Source: a virus
Reading direction: 5' to 3' (one strand)
DNA length: 64,000 bases
IMG/VR virus record: IMGVR_UViG_3300042898_001429
Span: 1 to 64,000 of that record
The notes beneath the pieces were generated by a model. It was given only the letters and a program-made list of their open reading frames with translations, ran no database searches and had not been told where the DNA came from. Shown piece by piece: positions 16,158 through 26,166 of this stretch (positions within the stretch are counted from its first letter, which is position 1; the number at the start of each line of letters is the position of its first letter). A program made the position numbers and the translations under genes.

Positions 16158-18220
16158 TATCCTTTTGCCTCTGACCAGTTGGAAGCGTTGTGATACGAAA
16201 CCATGAGGGGCACTCCCTTTATTACGTTACCATTTCCCATGGCAGTAATGAACGGGTCAATAATTGAATCTAGTTCTTCACAAGGAACTGCGGCTACCAA
16301 TTCGTCATGAACCTGTACCAGCATCTTTACATTGGTACCTGAGAGGTCACGGGCAATGTTAATCATTGCTTGCTTACATAGGTCAGCGGCTGACCCTTGT
16401 ACCACGGCATTTACAGCCTGACGTTCGGCACGAGCACGGTTTTCTTTATCACTGGAAAGGAGGTCAGGAAGTCTGCGCCTACGACCTGACAATGTGGTGA
16501 CATAGCCCAGCCTTCTGCCCTCAGCCACTACTTCTTGTTTCCAAGCAGTTAGACCAGCGAACTGACGGTAATACTCTTGAATCATTTCTTGAGCCTGCTC
16601 AAACGGGATGCCCGTAGTACGTGCCAGTTTCCCTGGACCGCCTCCATAGGCTGTAAGGAAGTTAACCCCTTTACCAATCTGGCGTTCTTCACTTGTTACG
16701 TCTTCTATTTTCTTCTTAAACAAAAGGGCTGCCGCACCCGTGTGAATATCAATGTTGTTATTGAACACATGCAGTAGTTCTTTATCTTGTGAATACATTG
16801 CCATAACCCTGAGTTCAATTTGGTCATAGTCAGCCACAATCAAGGTGTGCCCCTTGGGGGCTACAAACAAACTACGGATGTTTGAGTCTCGTGGGATGTT
16901 TTGGAGGTTGGGGTCACTAGAAGACAAACGCCCTGTTGCTGTGCGGTGTAAGTGGAACGAAGGATGCAGTCTGCTTTTGTACAGGCGAGGAAGCATGCCA
17001 TCAACAAAAGTTGATTTAAGTTTCTGTGTTTCTGACCATTGGATTAGAAGTTCAATCGCTGGGTGTTCTGCTTCAAGGTGTCGTAGGGTTTCCTCATCTA
17101 CTGAAGGCATGCCACCCTTAGTCAACTTGTAAGGCTTTAATCCTAAGCCACCCTCACGCTTCTTGTTAAATAAGAACTCTTGCTTTTGCTTGGTGGAGTC
17201 AGGGTTAAAACCTGCTGGAGTAAACTCGTGAAGAGCCAACAAAGTGTCACGCATCTTCCCGTCTAACTCTTTACCTAGTAACTGCATATTACGGTGGTCA
17301 ACGGGTATTCCCTCGTTTTCCATGTGCATCAAGATATGTAGCACTTCTGTGTCTTGATAGAAAGAATTAACTAGCGCAGTGTCCTGCTTAACCTTTTTCC
17401 ATAACCGTGTGTACAACATCCACGTCCAGCGAACATCAAGGTGAACGTAGTTAACTGCTTTGGTGAATGGAACAGAAGTAATGAACTTACCTAGTTTTCC
17501 ATCTCGTTCGTACGCATTATGTTTGCCATAGTTGTGCATAATAATGTTTTCTAATGAATAAGACATGAGGTTCTCATTCACTAAGTGTTGTAGCAACATG
17601 GTGTCTGCGTACAAACCTGGTGGTATTTCTCCGTAGTACTTACAAATGCTACGTGCGTCAAACTTTACGTTATGCCCAATCTTTACAAGGTCACTAAAGA
17701 AGAGTGGGCGCAAAGCCTCAAAGACATCTGACCGAGACAACTGTGGTGGTGCCTCTCCGTATACGGCTGGTCTGTGGTATTTAAGTTTTGCCATGGACTC
17801 TTGTCCATTTTTAAGAATCTTGCGATATCCAGGTGGTGGAACTGTTGAACCATCACCTATCTCTTCAGGCTCTATGATTTCCCCTAGTGGGTGACCCATG
17901 GGGATAGCCCATGACTTACCTTGTGTAGCAATGCCTATCCAAAAGACATCATTGCGTAAAGGGTCAACTGCAAGCATCCCACGATACTTTGCTTCAAAGT
18001 TCTCGTGAGCACGGCGCTGAATCTCAGGGCTAGGATTCTTCAAAGAAGTAACATGCTTTTTCCACGCATTCTCCATGGCATCCACCATGTCGGGATGTCT
18101 CTCTAAGATTCCCCGTGTCTCAACGTCAAAGGCAAAAGCACCAACCTGCTGCACATCGGCAACAAGTTGATGAATTTGCGATATTGATGTAACAACAAAG
18201 GGAGCGTCTCCCTCTGCCAT
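16157..18220 (-). CDS. polA: Family A DNA polymerase with 3'-5' exonuclease
   Basis: DVET, GHNVKFD, TATGRLSSSDPNLQNIP, ADYDQIELR, K..NF...YG, VQGSAAD, QVHDEL. Confidence 0.95.
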   Translation of the reverse strand: MAEGDAPFVVTSISQIHQLVADVQQVGAFAFDVETRGILERHPDMVDAMENAWKKHVTSLKNPSPEIQRRAHENFEAKYRGMLAVDPLRNDVFWIGIATQGKSWAIPMGHPLGEIIEPEEIGDGSTVPPPGYRKILKNGQESMAKLKYHRPAVYGEAPPQLSRSDVFEALRPLFFSDLVKIGHNVKFDARSICKYYGEIPPGLYADTMLLQHLVNENLMSYSLENIIMHNYGKHNAYERDGKLGKFITSVPFTKAVNYVHLDVRWTWMLYTRLWKKVKQDTALVNSFYQDTEVLHILMHMENEGIPVDHRNMQLLGKELDGKMRDTLLALHEFTPAGFNPDSTKQKQEFLFNKKREGGLGLKPYKLTKGGMPSVDEETLRHLEAEHPAIELLIQWSETQKLKSTFVDGMLPRLYKSRLHPSFHLHRTATGRLSSSDPNLQNIPRDSNIRSLFVAPKGHTLIVADYDQIELRVMAMYSQDKELLHVFNNNIDIHTGAAALLFKKKIEDVTSEERQIGKGVNFLTAYGGGPGKLARTTGIPFEQAQEMIQEYYRQFAGLTAWKQEVVAEGRRLGYVTTLSGRRRRLPDLLSSDKENRARAERQAVNAVVQGSAADLCKQAMINIARDLSGTNVKMLVQVHDELVAAVPCEELDSIIDPFITAMGNGNVIKGVPLMVSYHNASNWSEAKG

Positions 18221-18870
18221 TAGTCTACTTCGTTGGCAATCTCAATAAGGTCTTTACGAGATGGGATAGAAATGATGTCAGCAGTGTAAGCACGGCTCAC
18301 AAGAGACTTCAATTCTGCATCATCAATCTCTGAGATTCCCCACTCTTCAAGGTCACGGTCTTTTACCAACTGGTGGCTGGTTGCTGTTGTAGCGCCCTTA
18401 CCAGTCTTGCTTACTGCCCAGTACTGCTTAGTAAGAGGACCTGTGCGTGGGTCTGTGTGGAAGTTCTTTAGTTGGTCAATGACACGTGGTCCGACTTCGT
18501 ATGACTTGATAGAAGGTTCTTCGCCTGCAACAAGTAGTGCAACATTGAATGCAATACGAACTGAAGGGCGGTCACCAGAGTCACAAAGTGGGCAACCCTT
18601 ATCATCAAACTCTCCGATGCATACGAAAGACTTTTGTCCTTGACGCTCAATCCAATGCTGACGCCATGAAGCGTAAGGCTCATCGTTTAGAAACTTAATG
18701 ATTTGTGGTTCATCAGCAATCTTCAGACGCTGTGCAAATGGTGAGTCTGCGTTCTTGACTGCGTCAACGCTTCCCCAACCACCACGAACAAGCGTGCGTG
18801 CTTGTGGTTTCTCTGTCATTGTTTCTTCCTGTTCTTCAGACACCATATCTGTTTCATCATACTTACCCAT
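18220..18870 (-). CDS. Putative single-stranded DNA-binding protein (gp32-like, Zn)
   Basis: QHW....SFVC....CPLC; lies next to polA. Confidence 0.6.
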   Translation of the reverse strand: MGKYDETDMVSEEQEETMTEKPQARTLVRGGWGSVDAVKNADSPFAQRLKIADEPQIIKFLNDEPYASWRQHWIERQGQKSFVCIGEFDDKGCPLCDSGDRPSVRIAFNVALLVAGEEPSIKSYEVGPRVIDQLKNFHTDPRTGPLTKQYWAVSKTGKGATTATSHQLVKDRDLEEWGISEIDDAELKSLVSRAYTADIISIPSRKDLIEIANEVD

Positions 18871-18871
18871 A

Positions 18872-19324
18872 TTAACGTTTCCAATTCTCTTGAATGTATT
18901 GCTTAAAGCCGTCCCAATCACCTTTGTGTGGTTCAGCGATGTTGTATTGTGCCACAGCATCTATGAGCGTGTCAAGTTGTTGTTGTGTATAAAGACGACG
19001 ACCCTTTGACGCTTTCCCTGGAATTTGTGGCATGTTTGGTGGAGGAGTTCTGAAACTGGATTTTGGTATCCAGCCATTGCTCTCCCACATTCTTACTGTA
19101 ACGCTACTTTTACCTAGCGCTTTACAGACTTCACCAATGGTGTACATCATTAAACGTTCACCACCGATTATGTACTCCTTACCCTTTGCACCGTTGTAAC
19201 GGTCTTCTAGGTGGGAGTTAGTTATCTTAACAGATGTGGGGCGGTTTTTAGGCTCACGCTTTCCTGGAAAATTAGGAAGGTCGCCAAACAACCCCATAAA
19301 GTTATCTAGACCTTCAGTGCCCAT
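18872..19324 (-). CDS. MerR-like HTH DNA-binding protein
   Basis: YTIGEV..ALGKS..TVRMWE..G.IP....R.YT. Confidence 0.75.
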   Translation of the reverse strand: MGTEGLDNFMGLFGDLPNFPGKREPKNRPTSVKITNSHLEDRYNGAKGKEYIIGGERLMMYTIGEVCKALGKSSVTVRMWESNGWIPKSSFRTPPPNMPQIPGKASKGRRLYTQQQLDTLIDAVAQYNIAEPHKGDWDGFKQYIQENWKR

Positions 19325-19692
19325 GATTCTTTTTCTGTGTAAAAACCTTGAACTTCTTCTTCTTTATCTTTGTTAGCCCATACGTAGCCAAGAAGTTTGT
19401 CTTCATCTAGAATTTCTACAACTTTTTTAAGGTCTTCCCAAATGCCTAGGCTTCTAGCCCATTGTTCTGCGGCATCAATGTTAAAAGAACGGCTAACACG
19501 ACGCTCGTACTTTAACTCTATAGAACCAGCCCCATACCAAAGATGGCCTTTGTCGTCTTCGTATCCATTTTCTTGGATTGCTTTTACTAATTCTGTTCGC
19601 ATCTCATTTTGACGTTTAGTCAATGCTTCAATGCCTTCTTTAGACTTTTTAAATTCTTGTGCTAATCGCTCGTAATAGTCTGGTGTTGTCAT
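19306..19692 (-). CDS. Hypothetical coiled-coil protein
   Basis: 128-aa ORF in the replication operon. Confidence 0.6.
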   Translation of the reverse strand: MTTPDYYERLAQEFKKSKEGIEALTKRQNEMRTELVKAIQENGYEDDKGHLWYGAGSIELKYERRVSRSFNIDAAEQWARSLGIWEDLKKVVEILDEDKLLGYVWANKDKEEEVQGFYTEKESWALKV

Positions 19693-19694
19693 AT

Positions 19695-21251
19695 TTATAC
19701 CTCTGAGTGGCTTAGGAACTCGGATAGTGTACCAAGGTTCAGGTCAAATTTACCCTGGCTGTCATACCCCTTGTCAATAAACGCTTTATTAATTTCTCGT
19801 TTTTGTTGGAGCATCTCGTATTGACGTTCTTCAATAGAACCCTTCATTACGAATGATACGACTGTAACATGCGGGTGTACCGACGATAGTCGGATAATGC
19901 GGGCTTCTCTTTGGTCCAGTTTTCCAGCAGACCAAGGTAAATCGTAAGAGATAAGGTAATTGGCTTGTGGTAAGTCCACCCCGTAACCTCCCGCATCAGA
20001 GGATAAAAAGAGCCGAACGCCATCCTCGGTTGCGAACTTTTGCTTTGCAGCATCTCTCTGGTCTGCACCCATACCACCCATGAAGAGTACGCTCTCCGTA
20101 AGTCCCTTAGTTGCTTCCTGGATAATCCGTAGGTTTTTCTTAAAGAACGAGAATAAAACAACTTTGTTAGTTGGGTCTTCATTTAATACATCCTCAATGT
20201 AATTGACAACTGTGTCTAGTTTGGGTGTCTTATAGGTCTCGGGGAGCCATCCTTCCGAAAGGATTCGGGAGGCGTATGCACTTCCCTCAGTGTTTTGAGT
20301 AGGGTCGTCAAACGCTTTGGCTGACTCCACCACCAACCTAGGATTATCGCAGAGCATACGTAATACAGTAAGCCTAGACATAATTTGACCTTGTGCTTCA
20401 TTTCCTTGTCCCCCGTGATAGTGCGACCAAAGGTCAAATGACCTTCCATGACTTGTTATTGCTTTTTGAATTTCGGCTAAGAGGTCAGCCGCAATACGTT
20501 CGTATACACCAGCAGTGCCGTTGTCAAACTGAACAGGGATTACTTGCGTAATGACTTCAGGAAGTTGGTCCTTGATGTCATCTCGTGTCTTACGAACCAT
20601 TGCTTCTGACATTGAGTCATTGAGTTGTTTTAAGTTACGGTATCTGGTTGGTTTACCAAAGTGGTCACGAACAATAAAAGTTCTGTCAAACACATCAAAC
20701 TTACCTAATACTGAATTATCTACAAATTGCATAATTGAAAACAGTTCTTCTGGTTTATTTTCAATTGGTTGACCTGTTAATGCAAAACGATAGTGACACT
20801 TAGCCCCTAGTTTTTTAAGCATCTTAGAACGCTTAGAAGTAAATGACTTGATGATTGTGGCTTCATCTATGACCATGGCGTTAAAACGCATGGCTTCCCA
20901 TTGTGCCAAGTCTTTAGTAAGGCTTTCAGGATTAACAATAATATACTGACAACCTATGGACAGTCTCCATAGTTTCTCACGTTGCTTAGGGTTTCCGTCA
21001 ATAACAATTGCTCTAGATGTAGTGAACTTGTTTATCTCCCGAAGCCATTGGTACTTGAGACTGCTTGGAACAACTACACATACTTTACTAATCTCGTTGT
21101 CATCAATTAAAGATTCAATAGTAGAAAGTGTTGTAGGAGTTTTACCAGCACCCATAACCATGGCAAGAAGCATCTGCCCCCGCTCTACCATCCGCTCACT
21201 TGCTTCTTGTTGAAAAGGGTAGAGAGTTCCTATGAAGGTCACAGAACCCAT
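19695..21251 (-). CDS. SNF2-family helicase
   Basis: MGAGKT, IDEA, LTGQPIEN, AGGYGVDL, W......Q.EARI.R. Confidence 0.92.
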   Translation of the reverse strand: MGSVTFIGTLYPFQQEASERMVERGQMLLAMVMGAGKTPTTLSTIESLIDDNEISKVCVVVPSSLKYQWLREINKFTTSRAIVIDGNPKQREKLWRLSIGCQYIIVNPESLTKDLAQWEAMRFNAMVIDEATIIKSFTSKRSKMLKKLGAKCHYRFALTGQPIENKPEELFSIMQFVDNSVLGKFDVFDRTFIVRDHFGKPTRYRNLKQLNDSMSEAMVRKTRDDIKDQLPEVITQVIPVQFDNGTAGVYERIAADLLAEIQKAITSHGRSFDLWSHYHGGQGNEAQGQIMSRLTVLRMLCDNPRLVVESAKAFDDPTQNTEGSAYASRILSEGWLPETYKTPKLDTVVNYIEDVLNEDPTNKVVLFSFFKKNLRIIQEATKGLTESVLFMGGMGADQRDAAKQKFATEDGVRLFLSSDAGGYGVDLPQANYLISYDLPWSAGKLDQREARIIRLSSVHPHVTVVSFVMKGSIEERQYEMLQQKREINKAFIDKGYDSQGKFDLNLGTLSEFLSHSEV

Positions 21252-22150
21252 CCAGGGATTGCAGTAGCAGTACTGATTGCGTCAAATATCTCTTCGTCTG
21301 CCATGTCACCTATGTCTTTTGCTTTTGTGTTCTTATAGTTTAACCATAAAACACCATCATCAAATCGTGGCAACGTTTTAAATAACATCTTGTTGGCTTT
21401 TAGCCCAGCCTCATCATTGTCCATTGCCACAATTACTTTGGATGCAACGGAGTTAAGCAAACTAAGTTGCTCTGTGCTGACATAGGAACCAAACGTTGCT
21501 AAGCCCTGTACACCTGTTGTAATGGACGCTAAGCGCACAACATCTAATGGTGACTCTAGAAGTACCGCTGGTTTGTTTAAGAACTTCTCAATGCCAAACA
21601 GGGTGTGGCTCTTCTTAATACCAATCGGGTAGTTACGAACCCAATCAGTCTTCTTAGACTGCCAACCCATTAGGTGGCCCATAGGAGACACAATAGGGAT
21701 TACCCACGACTTGTTCAAAGTATCCCATCGGATACCATAAGAGCGTGCAACAGATGCCTCTAAATTCCTGTTGTACAAATAAGATGCTGGTACTTCATCA
21801 AAGCGACTGTATGAAATCCAATCAATCTCTGGTTCAGGTTCAGGAAGATTCTCACGACCAATCCTGCTGAGGCTTGAGTTAATTAAAAATGAATGAACAT
21901 CAATAAGAGATGCTTCATCCCCAGTCAGCATAGAAATTAAACCTACGAGAGTTCCACGTCCTCCGCATGAATAACAAATCCATAAGCCAGTCTCTGCGTT
22001 CATAGACCATGATGGTGACCTATCAATGTGTCCAGTGCGTTCTAAGTGAACAGGGCAGCGTCCTGATATTTCACGTTCACCTGCGTTAGTAACTTCAACA
22101 CCAAGGTCAATTAAGACACTTTGAATGTCAGTAGTACCAGTTGCCGTCAT
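21239..22150 (-). CDS. DnaG-like DNA primase (CHC2 Zn finger + TOPRIM)
   Basis: CPVH...CYSCG, ES.LD, DND.AG, KDIGD. Confidence 0.88.
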   Translation of the reverse strand: MTATGTTDIQSVLIDLGVEVTNAGEREISGRCPVHLERTGHIDRSPSWSMNAETGLWICYSCGGRGTLVGLISMLTGDEASLIDVHSFLINSSLSRIGRENLPEPEPEIDWISYSRFDEVPASYLYNRNLEASVARSYGIRWDTLNKSWVIPIVSPMGHLMGWQSKKTDWVRNYPIGIKKSHTLFGIEKFLNKPAVLLESPLDVVRLASITTGVQGLATFGSYVSTEQLSLLNSVASKVIVAMDNDEAGLKANKMLFKTLPRFDDGVLWLNYKNTKAKDIGDMADEEIFDAISTATAIPGWVL

Positions 22151-23378
22151 TGCCACTCTCGTCCACCTCTGTAAAGTCCATGTTTTCCCAATCCCATTTA
22201 ATTCGTACTTCTCCCTTGGGGGCAGTACGGGCAAGGATTACTCTAATAATTGATTGGTTGTCAATGTCTGGGTCAGACTCAACACCCAGCACAAGGTCTG
22301 AGTCCTGTACGAATGATGATGAGTAACCAATGGAGTCTGCTGTTACTTGACGAGACTTCTTGTTTCCCAGTTTCCATGACAACACCTGTGTAGTTCCCAC
22401 GATGGGAATATCAAAACGCTGTGCAAGCCGTTTAAGTGAGCGTGTAATGTTCGTAAGCGCCTGCGAACTTCCTTTAGGTTCCCCATGCTCATCGTCCATG
22501 AGGTACACACCATCTACAAACAAAATACCAGGGCGGTACTGTTGAATCTTTCCAGCAATAGCACTTACTGTTGTAAGCGATGTAGAGTCTTCAGTCATGT
22601 GAAACGGGTGCATGTTCTTGCGAAGTTTAAGAACCTTCTCAATGTTTTCCATTTCACGTTTCGTCAAGTCACCTCTAATGATTCTCGTATGAGAAGTCTT
22701 TGAGATAAGAGCGTCGTAACGAGCCTCTTGTTCTTCAATGCTCATTTCAAATGAAACAAACATAGGACTAATGCCATGTTCGTGTGCGGCATTAGCCATG
22801 ATGAGACTCATCATTGACTTTCCCTTTTTGGCTTCACCAACAAAGGTAATCAACTGCTGTGGTCGTAGCCCTGCGGTAATGCGGTCAAGACCTATAAACC
22901 CTGTAGGAATGCCTCGTAGAGCGTTAGGCATGTTACGCATCTCTTCGTAACGGCTTAGTCGTGCTTCCCAGTTCTGAACAATGTCAACATCTCGTAAGCG
23001 TGCAGTTTCAGTTGAGGCACGTTGTAAACCTGCGGATAGTTCCATGAAGGCTTCATCAACAAGATTGTTATTCAGCGCAGGCATTACTGTGCTGATGGTT
23101 TCAATTAGTCGTTGCCGTTTGTAAGAATGGAATAGTTCGTCAATGAGTGCAGGGAATGGTTCCATTGAAGCGTCAGAAAGTATGACGTCTCCAAACTCTT
23201 GGTGGAACGCACGGTCTGTTGGTACTGACCCATACTCTCTCCAGTAGTTTGAAATCCACAACCACATCTTTTGTGTCTCACCTGAGAAGTGGTCAGGACG
23301 AAGACCTGCATTGATGATTGGCGTAATGTCTGCCGACTCAATTACTTTGCTAATGATTAGATGTTCTGAGTTAGCCAT
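22128..23378 (-). CDS. dnaB: DnaB-like replicative helicase
   Basis: GIPTGF..LD..T.GL, GEAKKGKS, SFEM, VDG.YLM, QDSD. Confidence 0.9.
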   Translation of the reverse strand: MANSEHLIISKVIESADITPIINAGLRPDHFSGETQKMWLWISNYWREYGSVPTDRAFHQEFGDVILSDASMEPFPALIDELFHSYKRQRLIETISTVMPALNNNLVDEAFMELSAGLQRASTETARLRDVDIVQNWEARLSRYEEMRNMPNALRGIPTGFIGLDRITAGLRPQQLITFVGEAKKGKSMMSLIMANAAHEHGISPMFVSFEMSIEEQEARYDALISKTSHTRIIRGDLTKREMENIEKVLKLRKNMHPFHMTEDSTSLTTVSAIAGKIQQYRPGILFVDGVYLMDDEHGEPKGSSQALTNITRSLKRLAQRFDIPIVGTTQVLSWKLGNKKSRQVTADSIGYSSSFVQDSDLVLGVESDPDIDNQSIIRVILARTAPKGEVRIKWDWENMDFTEVDESGNDGNWYY

Positions 23379-23803
23379 CAGATGGACCATGCTTTCTTGG
23401 AGTCTGCTACCGTTGCACGGATGCCAATGATGGCGGCTTGTTCTTGCTCGGGGACATAGATAGTACGGACTGAACGCTTAAAACGCAAGTCATATGCCAA
23501 CTCTTCTGGATTTTCATAACCATAGACGGGGAGTGACACACCTTTGCGCCCAAGCCACCTGTCAATTGCGTCAACAGCATCTAATCCTAAAAAAGTGTAA
23601 ACCTCTGTGTCAATTCCTAAACGGTCTGAATAATCTACTAAGGCTTTTAATGGAAGTTCATGTGGTTTCCATTTGCTGAGTTCTTTGTCCCAGTCGGCAC
23701 CTGCACGTTGAAAGAATCTGCGCTCAGGAGGAGAAGCAAGTAACCCTTCAAAAACAACACCTTGACCAATGTCATTGAAATTTCCAATGTCGTTACTTAG
23801 CAT
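23378..23803 (-). CDS. Hypothetical protein
   Basis: Coupled ORF between loader and helicase. Confidence 0.6.
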   Translation of the reverse strand: MLSNDIGNFNDIGQGVVFEGLLASPPERRFFQRAGADWDKELSKWKPHELPLKALVDYSDRLGIDTEVYTFLGLDAVDAIDRWLGRKGVSLPVYGYENPEELAYDLRFKRSVRTIYVPEQEQAAIIGIRATVADSKKAWSI

Positions 23804-24440
23804 CATTGAAAACCATTCGGTAGTCAGGTCCTTCAACGTTTATAAAATAACAACTCTCTTGGAGAATGGATAGCAAACGCTTCCCGTAAGTGCGACCAAG
23901 TTCATTAGGACTAAGAGATGTTGTAACAATCGTTGTTAGTTTCTCTTCGTAACGATTGTCAATCAAAGATATTAAAGCGTTACGTGCAAACTCTGTTGTT
24001 GCTCTCTCTGCGCCAAAACCATCTAGCACTACCAAGTCAAAAGTTCTGCGCATATACTTCATCAGAAATGGGTCTGAATACGGTTCAGGTAATTCACCAT
24101 CATTACGCATTTCATCGTAAACCATGTCAACGTAACGGTCAGCAGTAATGAAGATTCCTGACAACGGATGTGTTTCAACTGATGCAATCAAAGCACCTTG
24201 CGCTAAATGTGTTTTACCAACTCCTGTAGAACCATAGAGAAGAAAACCCATTCCTTCTTGAACATTCTTTACAACAGTTGTGCACCAGTGATTGAGTGCA
24301 TTAAATGCATCAGTGTCGCCTGCTTCATAATCATACGTTGACAAGGTCTTACCTTGGTACCGAGCAGGTATGCGAAGGTTCTTTAAACGTTCGTCTTTAC
24401 TCCTGTTTTGCCAGTATTTGTTGCTATGCCATTCACTCAT
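23793..24440 (-). CDS. DnaC/IstB-like helicase loader ATPase
   Basis: IPARY, GSTGVGKTHLA, LVVLDG.GAE, LIDNRY....TIVTT. Confidence 0.88.
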   Translation of the reverse strand: MSEWHSNKYWQNRSKDERLKNLRIPARYQGKTLSTYDYEAGDTDAFNALNHWCTTVVKNVQEGMGFLLYGSTGVGKTHLAQGALIASVETHPLSGIFITADRYVDMVYDEMRNDGELPEPYSDPFLMKYMRRTFDLVVLDGFGAERATTEFARNALISLIDNRYEEKLTTIVTTSLSPNELGRTYGKRLLSILQESCYFINVEGPDYRMVFNDAK

Positions 24441-24855
24441 TGTTACTCATTAATCGTGGGTCAATCTTGGGACCATCGTAGGGGGTGTTTTCTTCAACGG
24501 TGCCAACTTTTTTAGCCAAGGAATCTAGGCGACCAATGAAAGCCTTCCATGCTGGTATCCCATCCGTCAATGGTTTGATATTTATATCTTTGTGAAACTG
24601 GGTAATCATTGCCCTGATGTCATCGTGTGTTCTTCCCGTGTCAAGGATTGTGTTAAATGCTTTCATCATTGCTGGAGCGTTTACTTGGGAGTTCATGAGA
24701 TTTTCTGTGTCCATCAAAAGTTGGTCTCTGAATTCGTAGACCAAGGACGCCAAGGTGTTCTTTTGTTTTGGTTTCTTTTTTGAAGTGTCTTGTGCTGGGG
24801 CATCAGGGTCAGAGCCAAAGGTTAAGCCCCAGTCATCTTGCTGTCGTGGTTTCAT
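24433..24855 (-). CDS. Hypothetical protein
   Basis: Coupled ORF; ends KIDPRLMS like the upstream initiator. Confidence 0.65.
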   Translation of the reverse strand: MKPRQQDDWGLTFGSDPDAPAQDTSKKKPKQKNTLASLVYEFRDQLLMDTENLMNSQVNAPAMMKAFNTILDTGRTHDDIRAMITQFHKDINIKPLTDGIPAWKAFIGRLDSLAKKVGTVEENTPYDGPKIDPRLMSNNE

Positions 24856-25319
24856 GACATCAACCTTGGGTCTATCTTTCCCAATTTTCCCCTTCTAGTT
24901 TGTTTATTCTTGTTTGTTATTCTTATTTGGGTAGCACCCCCGCTACCCTCGGGGGTAGCACCCGTGCTACTACTGGGTAGCGCCCCTGCTACCCCTAATG
25001 GGGAGGGTAGTTCCCGTGCTACCCCTAAATAATTAGGGTTATTGAAGTTGACCAAGTACTCATTCGGGAGGCTTCTGCCGTTCTTAGACTGCGTTCGTTT
25101 TATCAGAACACCAAGGTCAACCAGTTTATTAACTGACCTAATTACCGTGGTTCGGTGGTATCCAGTTTTCTGAGCCACGTGGTCATAGGTAGTCCATAGA
25201 GACTGCGTTTTGCCGTTCATGTAGCAAAGCATCTCTAGTAAAACATCCGTCGTTGTAGCGTCTCCACGCAAGTATTCCCTAAGCCACGTAGGGTATTGAA
25301 GGAAGGGTCCGTCAGCCAT
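24852..25319 (-). CDS. HTH replication initiator (lambda O-like)
   Basis: wHTH (TYDHVAQKTGYHRTTVIRSVNKLVDLG), N.Y.V, internal iterons, AAGGAG RBS, upstream of a DnaC-like loader. Confidence 0.75.
   Translation of the reverse strand: MADGPFLQYPTWLREYLRGDATTTDVLLEMLCYMNGKTQSLWTTYDHVAQKTGYHRTTVIRSVNKLVDLGVLIKRTQSKNGRSLPNEYLVNFNNPNYLGVARELPSPLGVAGALPSSSTGATPEGSGGATQIRITNKNKQTRRGKLGKIDPRLMS
24929..25024. repeat. Four 20-bp quasi-palindromic iterons (GGGTAG-N8-CTACCC); putative replication origin
   Basis: Copies at 24929, 24953, 24975 and 25005; adjacent AT-rich tract about 24896-24928. Confidence 0.8.
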
Positions 25320-25389
25320 GTTCTGCTCCTTTTGATGGGTCTGAAGCATACACCAAGAATTGCTCTTGTCTATGGGGTAGAATTTTCTG

Positions 25390-25551
25390 ATGGCTAGTAA
25401 AAAAGTATGGGATACACCTGACCCTTCCAAAAAAGACAAGAAGTTAACCCCAGACCAAAAGGCGCAAGCCAAAGCCCGTGCTAAAAAAGCAGGACGACCC
25501 TACCCAAACTTAGTGGACAACATGGCTGTGTCCAAGAAAGATAAAAAATAA
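25390..25551 (+). CDS. 53-aa basic protein (not in ORF track)
   Basis: MASKKVWDTPDPSKKDKKLTPDQKAQAKARAKKAGRPYPNLVDNMAVSKKDKK; TAGAAT 6 nt upstream. Confidence 0.7.
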   Translation: MASKKVWDTPDPSKKDKKLTPDQKAQAKARAKKAGRPYPNLVDNMAVSKKDKK

Positions 25552-25553
25552 TT

Positions 25554-25676
25554 ATGTGCAAAGAATGTGGTTGCGGTATCGCAAACAAGTCAAATCCTCT
25601 CTACGGCAAAGGTGCTGCTAAGAAAGCACCTGCTAAGAAAACTGCCGCTAAAAAGGCATCTGCTAAGAAAAAATAA
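25554..25676 (+). CDS. 40-aa CxxCxC + AKK-repeat histone-like peptide (not in ORF track)
   Basis: MCKECGCGIANKSNPLYGKGAAKKAPAKKTAAKKASAKKK; TAATG coupled. Confidence 0.65.
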   Translation: MCKECGCGIANKSNPLYGKGAAKKAPAKKTAAKKASAKKK

Positions 25677-25900
25677 TGAACATTAAAGACAAACTTATGG
25701 TTTATATAACCCTGGGAATTTTAGGGTTCATTGGTTTGGTCGTTATTGGTGAATACGCTTCAATGCTTGCACAGCAGGCTTCTACGGGTGAAAAGTTTGC
25801 AACTAACTCAGATGCTATTGCTTTAGTGCAAAACGCTCTTGTTGGTTTGATTGGTATTATCGGTGGTTACTTTGCTGGTAGAAGCAAAGGTGAAGACTAA
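25676..25900 (+). CDS. Two-TM membrane protein
   Basis: Two hydrophobic helices. Confidence 0.65.
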   Translation: MNIKDKLMVYITLGILGFIGLVVIGEYASMLAQQASTGEKFATNSDAIALVQNALVGLIGIIGGYFAGRSKGED

Positions 25901-26166
25901 TGCCTTCTAAGAAAGACCCACGATTAGAGCGTGCTGGTGTTTCAGGTTTTAACAAACCAAAGGCAACACCTGACCATCCAACAAAGTCTCATATTGTTGT
26001 TGCTAAAGAAGGCGAACAAGTTAAGACTATTCGCTTCGGTCAACAAGGCGTGTCAGGCTCCCCTGACGGTTCTGCACGCAACAAAGCATTCAAAGACCGT
26101 CATGCAAAGAATATTGCTAAAGGCAAAATGAGCGCTGCTTATTGGGCAAACAAGGAGAAGTGGTGA
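25900..26166 (+). CDS. Conserved small basic phage protein
   Basis: NKPK.TP.HPTKSH.V.AK.G..VK.IRFGQQG...F..RH...SAAYWA.K..W. Confidence 0.75.
   Translation: MPSKKDPRLERAGVSGFNKPKATPDHPTKSHIVVAKEGEQVKTIRFGQQGVSGSPDGSARNKAFKDRHAKNIAKGKMSAAYWANKEKW

Noticed and set aside
24929-25024. Mini CRISPR array
   Set aside because: Repeats are separated by only 2-10 bp and lie inside a coding sequence; this fits iterons.
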